Shown: in pieces, positions 51,640 to 61,259 of the stretch | Position numbering within the stretch: position 1 is the stretch's first letter | Layout: the number at the start of each line of letters is the position of its first letter | Origin: Escherichia coli | GTDB lineage: Bacteria > Pseudomonadota > Gammaproteobacteria > Enterobacterales > Enterobacteriaceae | Strand: one strand, 5' to 3' | Assembly: GCF_965641715.1 (NCBI RefSeq) | Contig: NZ_OZ282453.1 | DNA length: 64,000 bases | Notes under the pieces: model-generated | Told to the model about the DNA's origin: nothing | Databases searched by the model: none | Seen by the model: the letters and a program-made list of their open reading frames with translations, nothing else | Translations under genes and position numbers: made by a program

Positions 51640-52674
51640 ATGATGTTCAGAAATGCAATATTACTAATATTTATATTGTGGGCTAATTTTACCTGGGCTG
51701 GATGTCGTACTACTGCATCATTAAATATTACTGATAGTATTAATGTTGGGGGGATTTTAGCGAATGAAACTTCCTTTAGTAAAAGTGTCGTGTTTACTGG
51801 GATATCTTGTGATACGAGCACGGATAAAATAGTTTATAAAAATATCCAAAGTGATTGGGTTGAAGTTGGGCCTTTTGGTAATGGCGAAAAATTAAAGGTT
51901 AAAATAGAGTCTTTAGGTAAAACCAGCGACACGATTGGGAAATCCAGCAATGCGCAGGCAGTATTACCCTATGTGGTTAAAATAGCCAGAGGTACACCTG
52001 ATTTTACTGGAGAAAGAAAATCTACCTGGTTTATTTCAGATACCGTGATTGCAAATATTGGCGGTGAGTCATCGTCATCCATCGACTTTTGGTTGGGTAT
52101 TTGTAAGGCATTGAAGTTTAACTGGTGTGTGAATTATCTCACCAGCAAACTGGCGGGGGATACTTTTACGCTTGGGTTAAGTATTTCCTATTATCCTAAA
52201 AATACGACCTGTAAGCCTGAAAACACAGTTATAAAAGTAGATGATATCGCCTTGTCCCAGCTCAGAAATCAGGGAAAGATTGCGGCGAACAGTAAGGAAG
52301 GAACAATTACGTTGAAATGTGATAATCTTTTCGGCGACAAAAAACAAGCATCGCGGAATATGGTTGTATATCTTTCTAGCAGTGACTTAGTTAAAGGAAG
52401 TAATACTATTTTGCGTGGTAAAACAGATAATGGTGTAGGGTTTGTGTTGGATCTAACAGAACCACCAAAAGGGACTGAGGCTGCCATTAAAATTTCGGCC
52501 AACGGCGATCAGGGCGCGGCGACATCATTATGGAAAACAGATAAACCAGGAGTTTCATTAAATAGCAACATTATTAATATACCTGTCATGGCCAGTTACT
52601 ATGTATATGATGAAAAAAAAGTTAAATCTGGCGTACTGGAGGCAACCGCATTAATCAACGTGAAATACGACTAA
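51640..52674 (+). CDS. yehA: fimbrial adhesin-like protein YehA
   Basis: 344 aa with signal peptide, last gene of the chaperone-usher operon. Confidence 0.88.
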   Translation: MMFRNAILLIFILWANFTWAGCRTTASLNITDSINVGGILANETSFSKSVVFTGISCDTSTDKIVYKNIQSDWVEVGPFGNGEKLKVKIESLGKTSDTIGKSSNAQAVLPYVVKIARGTPDFTGERKSTWFISDTVIANIGGESSSSIDFWLGICKALKFNWCVNYLTSKLAGDTFTLGLSISYYPKNTTCKPENTVIKVDDIALSQLRNQGKIAANSKEGTITLKCDNLFGDKKQASRNMVVYLSSSDLVKGSNTILRGKTDNGVGFVLDLTEPPKGTEAAIKISANGDQGAATSLWKTDKPGVSLNSNIINIPVMASYYVYDEKKVKSGVLEATALINVKYD

Positions 52675-52730
52675 TAACAAGCAAGACGAGCAAGTGGCTA
52701 ATAATAAGAAATAATAAGGTGTCTGCATTT

Positions 52731-52757
52731 CCCCCTCTCTCCGAGGGGGCTTTTTTT
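52731..52757 (+). terminator. intrinsic terminator after yehA
   Basis: CCCCCTC-tctcc-GAGGGGG hairpin followed by TTTTTTT. Confidence 0.8.
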
Positions 52758-53094
52758 AGCGATGATAAAAAATCTCACCGTCGTAGGCTTTAATGATTTT
52801 TCCGTCGGTATTATTGATCAGCACATATGCACCGCCCATATAGGTCCAGTGGGTTCCGGCGTCAGGTGCGGGCAGGTTACGCAACTGCCACTGCTTAATG
52901 TTGTACTCATCGGTACGGTACATCTCTGGTACGGTGTCACCTGGTTTGAAATGCTTGAAGTCAGCAATGAAGCTGCTTAACTCATACTTTGAAATTCCCG
53001 AGGCATTGGTCGAACCCGCGGTGGCTGGTGCGGCCCATGCTGCGCTGGTTACCAGCAAAAGCGCACCCAGCAACATCTTATTTTTTATGGTCAT
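52756..53094 (-). CDS. rcnB: periplasmic nickel/cobalt homeostasis protein RcnB
   Basis: start at MTIKNKMLLGALLL with GGAGAG RBS; 112 aa with signal peptide. Confidence 0.9.
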   Translation of the reverse strand: MTIKNKMLLGALLLVTSAAWAAPATAGSTNASGISKYELSSFIADFKHFKPGDTVPEMYRTDEYNIKQWQLRNLPAPDAGTHWTYMGGAYVLINNTDGKIIKAYDGEIFYHR

Positions 53095-53311
53095 ATACTC
53101 TCCACTTTGGGGATCAGTAAAATCAGTCGCATATCTTTCCCGCCATACAATATAACCGACAAGAGATATTTTGTTAGTGATCCCATGATTTCGTAAAAAG
53201 TGTAAATGAAAGGATGCAGCAAAAGCATCCTCATTGAACGAGAAGTGAACGGAATAAGCTGATTTAAGAATCATCCTGGGCTAAAGGGATAACGAAGCCC
53301 AGGTGATTGTT

Positions 53312-54163
53312 TTATCTCATAATACCCATAAAGCCATGCACTCCCATATACAACCCGACTAAACCAATCAACAGACTGGAAAAATAGGGGGCGCGTTTAG
53401 CGAGAGTGTTAAATCCGCTCCAGCGTTTTGCAACTTGTTGAACACTGATTGCCGCTCCAACGCCTACTGTAACCAGCGTTAATGCCAGGCCGATGCTGAA
53501 ACTGACGACCAGTGTTGCGCCCAGTGTCAGGGCTTTCAACTGAATGCAAATCAACAGCACGGTAATTGCTGCCGGGCAGGGAATAAGGCCACCTGTTAAG
53601 CCAAATAACAAAATTTGCCAGTTGGTGACCTCTCTACCATCAAAGCGTCGTTTAATGTCATTGGCATGGGCTCGTGCATGGGCATCCTGATACTCTTCGT
53701 TGTCGCCATGTTCATGATGGTGATGATGTTCGTGGTCGTGGTCGTGGTCGTGGTCTTGATGATCTTCGTGATCGTGGTGATGATGCTCATGATCATGCTC
53801 GTGCATATTCTCCAGCCAGTTGCGTTCGCCGCGCCAGGTACGCCAGAACATCCAGAACGCGGTGCCAATAATGATCACTGCGGAAATCAACTGGAGCCAC
53901 GGTTCTGCTGATTGAGCAGTAAAGCGCTTGCTGATCACCATCCCGCCAAAGGCAATCAACCAGACCACCGCGGTATGCGAAATGGTTGCTGCCAGTCCGA
54001 GCATCACCGCCTGTTTAGTGGTGCCTTTGATGGCGATGATAAACGCCGCCATCATCGTTTTTGAGTGCCCTGGTTCCAGGCCATGAAGCGCACCAAGTAA
54101 GATGGCGCTGGGGATGAAGAACCAGGCGTTTCCTTGCTGAAGAAGAGTTGTAAATTCGGTCAT
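53312..54163 (-). CDS. rcnA: nickel/cobalt efflux permease RcnA with His-rich loop
   Basis: 283 aa; cytoplasmic loop HEHDHEHHHHDHEDHQDHDHDHDHEHHHHHEH. Confidence 0.93.
   Translation of the reverse strand: MTEFTTLLQQGNAWFFIPSAILLGALHGLEPGHSKTMMAAFIIAIKGTTKQAVMLGLAATISHTAVVWLIAFGGMVISKRFTAQSAEPWLQLISAVIIIGTAFWMFWRTWRGERNWLENMHEHDHEHHHHDHEDHQDHDHDHDHEHHHHHEHGDNEEYQDAHARAHANDIKRRFDGREVTNWQILLFGLTGGLIPCPAAITVLLICIQLKALTLGATLVVSFSIGLALTLVTVGVGAAISVQQVAKRWSGFNTLAKRAPYFSSLLIGLVGLYMGVHGFMGIMR
53732..53755. repeat. hexanucleotide tandem repeat (GTGGTC)x4 inside the rcnA His-rich loop
   Basis: direct reading; encodes alternating His-Asp on the minus strand. Confidence 0.8.
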
Positions 54164-54200
54164 GATAATAATTCTTAGTATTAATTCGGCAATCTTATTC

Positions 54201-54235
54201 TACTCCCCCCCAGTACCTGATACTACCCCCCAGTA
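54201..54235. promoter_or_regulatory. two tandem RcnR operator sites (TACT-C7-AGTA and TACT-AC6-AGTA)
   Basis: matches the TACT-G6-N-AGTA RcnR recognition pattern (reverse strand), in the rcnA-rcnR divergent intergenic region. Confidence 0.85.
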
Positions 54236-54283
54236 GATTAATAGTGCTATGATTTTTCATGTTCTTGTTAACCAGGTGTTGCC

Positions 54284-54556
54284 ATGTCTCATACAATCCG
54301 TGATAAACAGAAACTGAAAGCGCGTGCCAGTAAGATTCAGGGCCAGGTCGTGGCGCTCAAGAAAATGCTCGACGAGCCGCACGAATGCGCTGCAGTTTTA
54401 CAACAGATTGCTGCTATCCGTGGCGCGGTAAACGGTCTGATGCGGGAAGTGATTAAAGGTCATCTGACGGAACACATCGTTCACCAGGGGGATGAGCTAA
54501 AACGTGAAGAAGATCTGGATGTTGTTCTGAAGGTGCTGGATTCATATATCAAATAA
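54284..54556 (+). CDS. rcnR: Ni/Co-responsive repressor RcnR (CsoR/RcnR family)
   Basis: 90 aa, [21 protein letters not shown]. Confidence 0.93.
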
Positions 54557-54644
54557 TTTATTAACGCGATTGTAAAACTGCCGTTTTTCCTCGTTTACAA
54601 CGGGTGCGCTGGACATTACCATCCTCCTCTGCGATTTATCATCG

Positions 54645-54778
54645 CAACCAAACGACTCGGGGTGCCCTTCTACGTGAAGGCTGAGAAATACCCGTATCAC
54701 CTGATCTGGATAATGCCAGCGTAGGGAAGTCACGGACCACCAGGTCATTGCTTCTTCACGTTATGGCAGGAGCAAACT
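54645..54778 (+). ncRNA. TPP riboswitch (THI-box) leader of thiMD
   Basis: conserved THI-box CTGAGA...ACCTGATCTGGATAATGCCAGCGTAGGGAA; expression platform overlaps the thiM RBS GGCAGGAG. Confidence 0.9.
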
Positions 54779-55567
54779 ATGCAAGTCGACCTGCTGAGTT
54801 CCGCGCAATCTGCGCACGCGTTACACCTTTTTCACCAACATTCCCCTCTTGTGCATTGCATGACCAATGATGTGGTGCAAACCTTTACTGCCAATACCTT
54901 GCTGGCGCTCGGTGCATCGCCAGCGATGGTTATCGAAACCGAAGAGGCCAGTCAGTTTGCGGCTATCGCCAGTGCCTTGTTGATTAACGTTGGCACGCTG
55001 ACGCAGCCACGCGCACAGGCGATGCGTGCCGCCGTTGAGCAAGCAAAAAGCTCTCAAACCCCCTGGACGCTTGATCCAGTAGCGGTTGGTGCGCTCGATT
55101 ATCGTCGCCATTTTTGTCATGAACTTTTATCTTTTAAACCGGCAGCGATACGTGGTAATGCTTCGGAAATCATGGCATTAGCTGGCGTTGCTACTGGCGG
55201 ACGGGGAGTGGATACCACTGACGCGGCAGCTAATGCGATACCCGCTGCACAAACACTGGCACGGGAAACTGGCGCAATCTTCGTGGTCACTGGCGAGGTG
55301 GATTATGTTACCGATGGTCGTCGCACCGTTGGCATTCACGGCGGCGATCCGTTAATGGCCAAAGTGGTAGGAACTGGCTGTGCATTATCGGCAGTTGTCG
55401 CTGCCTGCTGTGCGTTACCAGGCGATATGCTGGAAAATGTCGCATCTGCCTGTCACTGGATGAAACAAGCCGGAGAACGCGCAGTCGCCAGAAGCGAGGG
55501 GCCAGGCAGTTTTGTTCCACATTTCCTTGATGCGCTCTGGCAATTGACGCAGGAGGTGCAGGCATGA
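54779..55567 (+). CDS. thiM: hydroxyethylthiazole kinase
   Basis: 262 aa, immediately after the TPP riboswitch. Confidence 0.93.
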   Translation: MQVDLLSSAQSAHALHLFHQHSPLVHCMTNDVVQTFTANTLLALGASPAMVIETEEASQFAAIASALLINVGTLTQPRAQAMRAAVEQAKSSQTPWTLDPVAVGALDYRRHFCHELLSFKPAAIRGNASEIMALAGVATGGRGVDTTDAAANAIPAAQTLARETGAIFVVTGEVDYVTDGRRTVGIHGGDPLMAKVVGTGCALSAVVAACCALPGDMLENVASACHWMKQAGERAVARSEGPGSFVPHFLDALWQLTQEVQA

Positions 55568-56364
55568 AACGAATTAACGCTCTGACGATTGCCGGTACTG
55601 ATCCGAGTGGTGGTGCGGGGATTCAGGCCGATCTTAAAACCTTCTCGGCACTTGGCGCTTATGGTTGCTCAGTTATTACTGCTCTGGTGGCGCAAAACAC
55701 CCGTGGCGTACAGTCGGTGTATCGCATTGAGCCTGATTTTGTCGCTGCCCAGCTCGATTCGGTGTTCAGCGATGTGCGAATCGACACCACTAAAATCGGT
55801 ATGTTGGCGGAAACCGATATTGTTGAAGCGGTGGCAGAACGGTTGCAACGTTATCAGATCCAAAACGTGGTACTCGACACCGTTATGCTGGCAAAAAGCG
55901 GCGACCCACTGCTTTCACCTTCGGCGGTTGCTACGCTGCGCAGTCGATTATTGCCACAGGTTTCATTAATAACGCCAAACTTGCCCGAAGCTGCTGCCTT
56001 GCTCGACGCGCCACACGCGCGCACCGAACAGGAAATGCTGGAACAAGGGCGATCGCTGTTGGCGATGGGCTGTGGCGCAGTGCTAATGAAAGGTGGTCAT
56101 CTGGATGATGAGCAAAGCCCGGACTGGCTGTTTACCCGCGAGGGTGAACAACGGTTTACCGCACCGCGCATTATGACCAAAAACACCCACGGCACTGGTT
56201 GTACACTCTCTGCGGCGTTGGCTGCACTACGCCCGCGCCATACAAACTGGGCTGACACCGTACAGGAGGCAAAAAGCTGGCTTTCATCGGCGTTAGCACA
56301 GGCCGACACGCTGGAAGTTGGTCACGGTATTGGTCCGGTTCACCACTTCCACGCCTGGTGGTGA
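55564..56364 (+). CDS. thiD: hydroxymethylpyrimidine/phosphomethylpyrimidine kinase
   Basis: 266 aa; ATGA overlap with thiM. Confidence 0.93.
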   Translation: MKRINALTIAGTDPSGGAGIQADLKTFSALGAYGCSVITALVAQNTRGVQSVYRIEPDFVAAQLDSVFSDVRIDTTKIGMLAETDIVEAVAERLQRYQIQNVVLDTVMLAKSGDPLLSPSAVATLRSRLLPQVSLITPNLPEAAALLDAPHARTEQEMLEQGRSLLAMGCGAVLMKGGHLDDEQSPDWLFTREGEQRFTAPRIMTKNTHGTGCTLSAALAALRPRHTNWADTVQEAKSWLSSALAQADTLEVGHGIGPVHHFHAWW

Positions 56365-56428
56365 GCACCGTACTATAGCTGCTTTGGTTATTGTCAGCCT
56401 TTGGCACTGACATTCAGGGATGAAACCA

Positions 56429-57247
56429 ATGCAGCTAAGCATTACCAGTCGAAAAAAACTCACCGCTCTATTATGCGCTCTTGGGCTAATTTCCATCGTT
56501 GCAATTTATCCGCGTCAGACGGTGAATTTTTTCTATTCGACAGCAGTTCAGATTACAGACTACATCCACTTCTACGGTTATCGCCCGGTTAAATCTTTCG
56601 CTATTCGCATTCCTGCCAGTTACACCATTCACGGAATAGATGTTTCGCGCTGGCAGGAGCGGATCGACTGGCAGCGGGTGGCAAAAATGCGCGACAACGG
56701 TATCCGCTTACAGTTTGCTTTTATTAAGGCGACGGAAGGCGAAAAGCTGGTGGACCCGTATTTTTCGCGTAACTGGCAACTAAGCCGCGAAAATGGCCTG
56801 CTGCGCGGGGCGTATCATTATTTCTCCCCGTCGGTAGCAGCGCCGGTTCAGGCGCGATTATTTCTGCAAACGGTGGATTTCTCACAAGGCGATTTCCCTG
56901 CCGTGCTGGACGTAGAAGAACGGGGAAAATTATCGGCAAAAGAATTACGCAAGCGGGTAAGTCAGTGGCTAAAAATGGTCGAAAAAAGTACGGGAAAAAA
57001 GCCGGTTATTTACTCAGGAGCCGTTTTTTATCACACCAATCTGGCGGGCTATTTCAATGAATATCCGTGGTGGGTGGCTCACTACTATCAACGTCGTCCG
57101 GACAATGACGGCATGGCCTGGCGCTTCTGGCAGCATTCCGACCGTGGACAGGTAGATGGCATCAATGGTCCGGTGGATTTTAATGTATTTAATGGCACGG
57201 TGGAGGAGTTGCAGGCATTCGTTGATGGGATTAAAGAAACGCCTTAA
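56429..57247 (+). CDS. yegX: GH25 lysozyme-like glycoside hydrolase YegX
   Basis: 272 aa from MQLSITSRKK with N-terminal membrane anchor (ORF-track start 56420 has no RBS spacing). Confidence 0.85.
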   Translation: MQLSITSRKKLTALLCALGLISIVAIYPRQTVNFFYSTAVQITDYIHFYGYRPVKSFAIRIPASYTIHGIDVSRWQERIDWQRVAKMRDNGIRLQFAFIKATEGEKLVDPYFSRNWQLSRENGLLRGAYHYFSPSVAAPVQARLFLQTVDFSQGDFPAVLDVEERGKLSAKELRKRVSQWLKMVEKSTGKKPVIYSGAVFYHTNLAGYFNEYPWWVAHYYQRRPDNDGMAWRFWQHSDRGQVDGINGPVDFNVFNGTVEELQAFVDGIKETP

Positions 57248-57298
57248 ATAAGAAGCAGTGATATACTCCCACCAGACTCCCTGGCAGGAAAAAGACAA

Positions 57299-58045
57299 AT
57301 GGAACAAGCGCATACCCAGCTGATTGCCCAACTGAACGAGCGTATTTTAGCGGCGGATAACACGCCGCTTTATATTAAGTTTGCCGAAACGGTAAAAAAT
57401 GCCGTGCGCAGCGGGGTGCTGGAGCATGGCAATATTTTGCCCGGTGAGCGTGATTTAAGTCAGTTAACCGGCGTTTCGCGCATTACGGTGCGCAAGGCGA
57501 TGCAGGCGCTGGAAGAAGAGGGCGTGGTGACGCGTTCGCGTGGTTACGGCACGCAGATCAACAACATCTTCGAATACTCGTTGAAAGAAGCGCGAGGTTT
57601 TTCTCAGCAGGTGGTATTGCGCGGGAAAAAGCCCGATACGCTATGGGTTAACAAGCGTGTCGTGAAATGTCCCGAAGAAGTCGCGCAGCAGCTGGCGGTC
57701 GAAGCGGGAAGTGATGTCTTTTTGCTTAAGCGTATTCGCTATGTCGATGAAGAAGCGGTATCGATTGAGGAATCGTGGGTTCCGGCGCATTTAATTCATG
57801 ATGTTGATGCCATCGGAATTTCTCTTTATGACTATTTCCGCAGCCAGCACATTTACCCACAACGTACACGTTCCCGCGTTAGCGCCCGGATGCCAGATGC
57901 CGAGTTTCAGTCACATATTCAGTTAGATAGCAAAATACCGGTGCTGGTGATCAAGCAAGTGGCGCTTGACCAACAGCAACGGCCTATTGAATACAGCATT
58001 AGCCACTGTCGCAGCGATCTATACGTTTTTGTTTGCGAGGAGTAG
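57299..58045 (+). CDS. yegW: GntR/HutC-family transcriptional regulator YegW
   Basis: N-terminal GntR wHTH and UTRA effector domain; 248 aa. Confidence 0.9.
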   Translation: MEQAHTQLIAQLNERILAADNTPLYIKFAETVKNAVRSGVLEHGNILPGERDLSQLTGVSRITVRKAMQALEEEGVVTRSRGYGTQINNIFEYSLKEARGFSQQVVLRGKKPDTLWVNKRVVKCPEEVAQQLAVEAGSDVFLLKRIRYVDEEAVSIEESWVPAHLIHDVDAIGISLYDYFRSQHIYPQRTRSRVSARMPDAEFQSHIQLDSKIPVLVIKQVALDQQQRPIEYSISHCRSDLYVFVCEE

Positions 58046-58984
58046 TTCCTCGCGCGTTGGCGCACAATCACCGCCCCGATGCCCGACAACCCACGACGCC
58101 ACTGCATTGCCCAGTAATACGGCATCCGCCAGTGGCAGACCAGAGGCCAGCCCGGCAAGTACGCCACCGGCATGACTGTCGCCCGCCCCAATGGTGTCGA
58201 CAACTTGCGTTGGAAATGCCGGAATGCAGCCAGAAGCGTCGTTGCTGAAATACCATGCGCCTTCTTTATCGAGACGAACGATCAACGGCGCGGCAAATTT
58301 CTCCTGCCATTGTTTGCCAAGTGTTGTTATCTCTGCGGATAAAGCAAAACGTTCGGCGGCAATCTCAGCCTCTTGACGATTGAGTGACACTAAAGGTCGA
58401 CAGGCCATGATCCGCGCCAGTAATGCATCCGGGATATCGCCAATACGTGGGCCAAAATCGATAAACGGCGTCACGTCTTGCAGCTTTTCCAGCCATTCCA
58501 CTAATAATTCGCCGCAGGGCGAGGCCATTTGATAACCGGAAAAATAGAGCAGGCTGCCAGGCGCAACGGTTAATCGCGCCAGACACTGGCGATTCCACTG
58601 ATTTTCCACACCGCTGAATGACATAAAAGTGCGTTCGCCATCCGGCTCAACCAGCGCCAGACACCAGCCGTTATCACCTTCGGCGTTATCGATCAGGCTG
58701 ATTAAGCCCTCTTTTGCCATCCGGTTGCGAATAATCTCCGCCCACACGCCCTGACCGAGCGGCAAGGCGTTACCCGCTTCGATGCCGAGGCGTTTTAACG
58801 CCACGGCAATATTCAGGGCGCAGCCGCCAACGTTAACGCTCTGCTGTTTCAGTTCGATATCGCACCCACGCCAGGGGAGGGCATAAGCGTCGGCGATCAC
58901 GTCAATGACCGCCGCGCCGACGACCATCACCGGCTGACGCGTGGTTAATTCAGGCAGCAGCGTGTGTAATCGAGCGCCGCTCAT
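58019..58984 (-). CDS. yegV: PfkB-family sugar/nucleoside kinase YegV
   Basis: 321 aa; ribokinase-like motifs (DTIGAGDSHAGGVLAG). Confidence 0.9.
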   Translation of the reverse strand: MSGARLHTLLPELTTRQPVMVVGAAVIDVIADAYALPWRGCDIELKQQSVNVGGCALNIAVALKRLGIEAGNALPLGQGVWAEIIRNRMAKEGLISLIDNAEGDNGWCLALVEPDGERTFMSFSGVENQWNRQCLARLTVAPGSLLYFSGYQMASPCGELLVEWLEKLQDVTPFIDFGPRIGDIPDALLARIMACRPLVSLNRQEAEIAAERFALSAEITTLGKQWQEKFAAPLIVRLDKEGAWYFSNDASGCIPAFPTQVVDTIGAGDSHAGGVLAGLASGLPLADAVLLGNAVASWVVGHRGGDCAPTREELLLANKNV

Positions 58985-59985
58985 ACCACCTCCCGTTGTT
59001 GGCGATACTTCGCCAGCGCTGTGGCATAGCGGTTGAAATCAAGCTGATTTACCGCATCCAGTTCCGCCTTTAACGCAGGATCGATAGCGTTAACGCCATG
59101 CAACGCGCCGCAAATCGCCGTCGCCATAGCGCCGATGGTGTCTGTGTCGCCGCCAAGGTTAGCGCACAGGACGGCGCAACGGTTCGGGTCGGTTTGTGCC
59201 AGTTCAACCAGCGCAATGGCGCACGGAACGGACTCAATAGTGCTGGTACCTGCGCCAACGACCTGGTAAAGCTGTTCGCTGGCGGATTCAGTGCCGTCGG
59301 CATTGCGCACAATTTTCAGCGCAATCTCCAGACGTGCTGCCAGTGAGGCGCTGAAGGTAGTGATGCGTTTTTGCTGTGCATGTCGCGCAATTGAAGGCAG
59401 TGAATCAACAATCGCTGACCAGCTTTCTCCGTCAATGGCACGAGAAATCGCCCATGCGATGACTACCGCGCCTGCAACCGCCAGATCGGATTTATGGGTC
59501 GGGCTGGACGCCAGCGCCACATCATCAATAAAGGAATCAACATCGTGCGCCGGAAGCAAACAACCTAATGGCGAGACGCGCATCGCTGCGCCGTTGGTCA
59601 CGCCGTTGTTTTCCAGTTCAGCAACGGGTTTACCGTCGCGAATGGCGTTGAGAGCAATCTTCGAGGTCGGACCTAGTACGTTTTTGTTAAAGGCGTCGAA
59701 ACGCAGCGCCCAGTCGAGAATATTACGCCCAATCAGATTCGGGTCGATCTTGCCTTCACGTTCCAGTAACGCATCCGCCAGACACAGCGCCATCGAGGTA
59801 TCGTCGGTGAATTCGGCGCGGTTAAAATAACAGGCCGCGTTATTCTCCTTTGGTCCAGGCAGAAAACGGTCAATCCAGCCAAAGTGTGCTTTAACGCGGC
59901 TGCGTGGCCAAAGCTCGGAGGGCATCCCCATCGCATCCCCTAACGCCTGCCCATAAAGAGCACCGAGAATACGTTCTGTTTTCAT
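58981..59985 (-). CDS. yegU: ADP-ribosylglycohydrolase-family protein YegU
   Basis: 334 aa; ARH fold motifs (GQALGDAMG, GGDTDTIGAMA); ATGA overlap with yegV. Confidence 0.9.
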   Translation of the reverse strand: MKTERILGALYGQALGDAMGMPSELWPRSRVKAHFGWIDRFLPGPKENNAACYFNRAEFTDDTSMALCLADALLEREGKIDPNLIGRNILDWALRFDAFNKNVLGPTSKIALNAIRDGKPVAELENNGVTNGAAMRVSPLGCLLPAHDVDSFIDDVALASSPTHKSDLAVAGAVVIAWAISRAIDGESWSAIVDSLPSIARHAQQKRITTFSASLAARLEIALKIVRNADGTESASEQLYQVVGAGTSTIESVPCAIALVELAQTDPNRCAVLCANLGGDTDTIGAMATAICGALHGVNAIDPALKAELDAVNQLDFNRYATALAKYRQQREVV

Positions 59986-61259
59986 TTAACTTCCCCTTGT
60001 GTCAACGCAATATCGCGATCATCGACCTTGATAGCCGTAATTTCGTTGTCGGATTCGCGGAAAAAAATCATGAACAGCACGGCGATAATGGCAATCATCA
60101 CCGCGCCAAAAGTCCACATCCCGGACCAGTTGAAAGTCAGTCCGTTTACCGGTTCCTGATAAGCGAACATCTTTTCCATCATCACACCGCCAAGACGATA
60201 GCCGAGCAAACTGCCGAAGCCCTGGCAGCAGAGCGTGATCAGCCCCTGCGCGGCGGTACGCATATGCACGGGGGCTTTTTTATCGACATAGATGTAAGCG
60301 GTAACGTAGTAAAAATCGTAACTTACGCCGTGAAGCAAAATACCGAGGAACAGTAACGCGTAGGTGAAATATTCATCCGCACTACCGTAAATAAAGAAGC
60401 CATAGCGGATCGCAGCGGTGATTAGACCAAGCAATAATACCTTTTTGATACCAAAGCGTTTAGTGAAAAACGGCAATGCCAGCATAAAGAAGATTTCAGA
60501 GAACTGGCCGAGCGTCATCCAGCCGGTGGCGTTTTTCATGCCAACTTCGGTCAGATAACCGTTGGCAAAGATGTAATAGAACGCCAGTGGCATCGCAAAC
60601 AGGAATGAACAGAAGAAAAAGACGAGGAAGTTTTTATCGCGCAGCAGGATCAGCGCATCCAGGCCGAGCATGACTTTAATGTCCATTTTGCCGGTGCTTT
60701 TTGGTGGCGTGTCGGGCAGGAAAAACGCAAACACACCGAGCAGAGCAGAACTTCCGGCGGTAATCAGCAGCGGGATGTTAGTCGGTGAGATATCGGCATA
60801 CCCCAGCATTTGCGGCAAGAAACCACATGCCAGACCGGAGGCAATCCAGCCGATAGTGCCCATCACACGAATGCGCGGGAAATCACGCTCAACATCCGGC
60901 ACGTTGGCAAAAGCGATGCTGTTAGTCAGCGCAATGGTCGGCATATAGGTTAGCGAGTAGGCCAGCAGTAACGGGAAGAACCCGGCAAAAGTGGTCTGTT
61001 GCGCGGCGAAATACATCAGCACCGCACCAGCGAACATCAATACCGCCAGCACTTTCTGCGCCGAGAAAAAGCGGTCAGTGATGGAGCCAACCAGAATTGG
61101 CGACAGGATCGCCGCAATGGCTGTGCAGGCATACGACCAGCCAATTTCTCCGGCACTAAAACCGCTTTTACTTAACCACAACCACAATGGCACAAACCAC
61201 GCGCCCCAGATAAACCATTCAACAAACATCATGAACGACAGCTTTGCTGTTGTTTTCAT
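59982..61259 (-). CDS. yegT: MFS nucleoside transporter (NupG/XapB family) YegT
   Basis: 425 aa polytopic MFS protein; ATGA overlap with yegU. Confidence 0.9.
   Translation of the reverse strand: MKTTAKLSFMMFVEWFIWGAWFVPLWLWLSKSGFSAGEIGWSYACTAIAAILSPILVGSITDRFFSAQKVLAVLMFAGAVLMYFAAQQTTFAGFFPLLLAYSLTYMPTIALTNSIAFANVPDVERDFPRIRVMGTIGWIASGLACGFLPQMLGYADISPTNIPLLITAGSSALLGVFAFFLPDTPPKSTGKMDIKVMLGLDALILLRDKNFLVFFFCSFLFAMPLAFYYIFANGYLTEVGMKNATGWMTLGQFSEIFFMLALPFFTKRFGIKKVLLLGLITAAIRYGFFIYGSADEYFTYALLFLGILLHGVSYDFYYVTAYIYVDKKAPVHMRTAAQGLITLCCQGFGSLLGYRLGGVMMEKMFAYQEPVNGLTFNWSGMWTFGAVMIAIIAVLFMIFFRESDNEITAIKVDDRDIALTQGEVK

Noticed and set aside
53205-53235. Hairpin GGATGC-agcaaaa-GCATCC between rcnA and rcnB as a terminator
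   Set aside because: Only a 6-bp stem with a modest T-rich tract on the minus strand; could equally be part of the rcnB promoter region, so not called
53596-53911. Three overlapping 65-98-aa ORFs over the rcnA His-rich region
   Set aside because: Products are homopolymer-like (T-rich, V-rich, RG-rich) read-throughs of the hexanucleotide repeat in other frames
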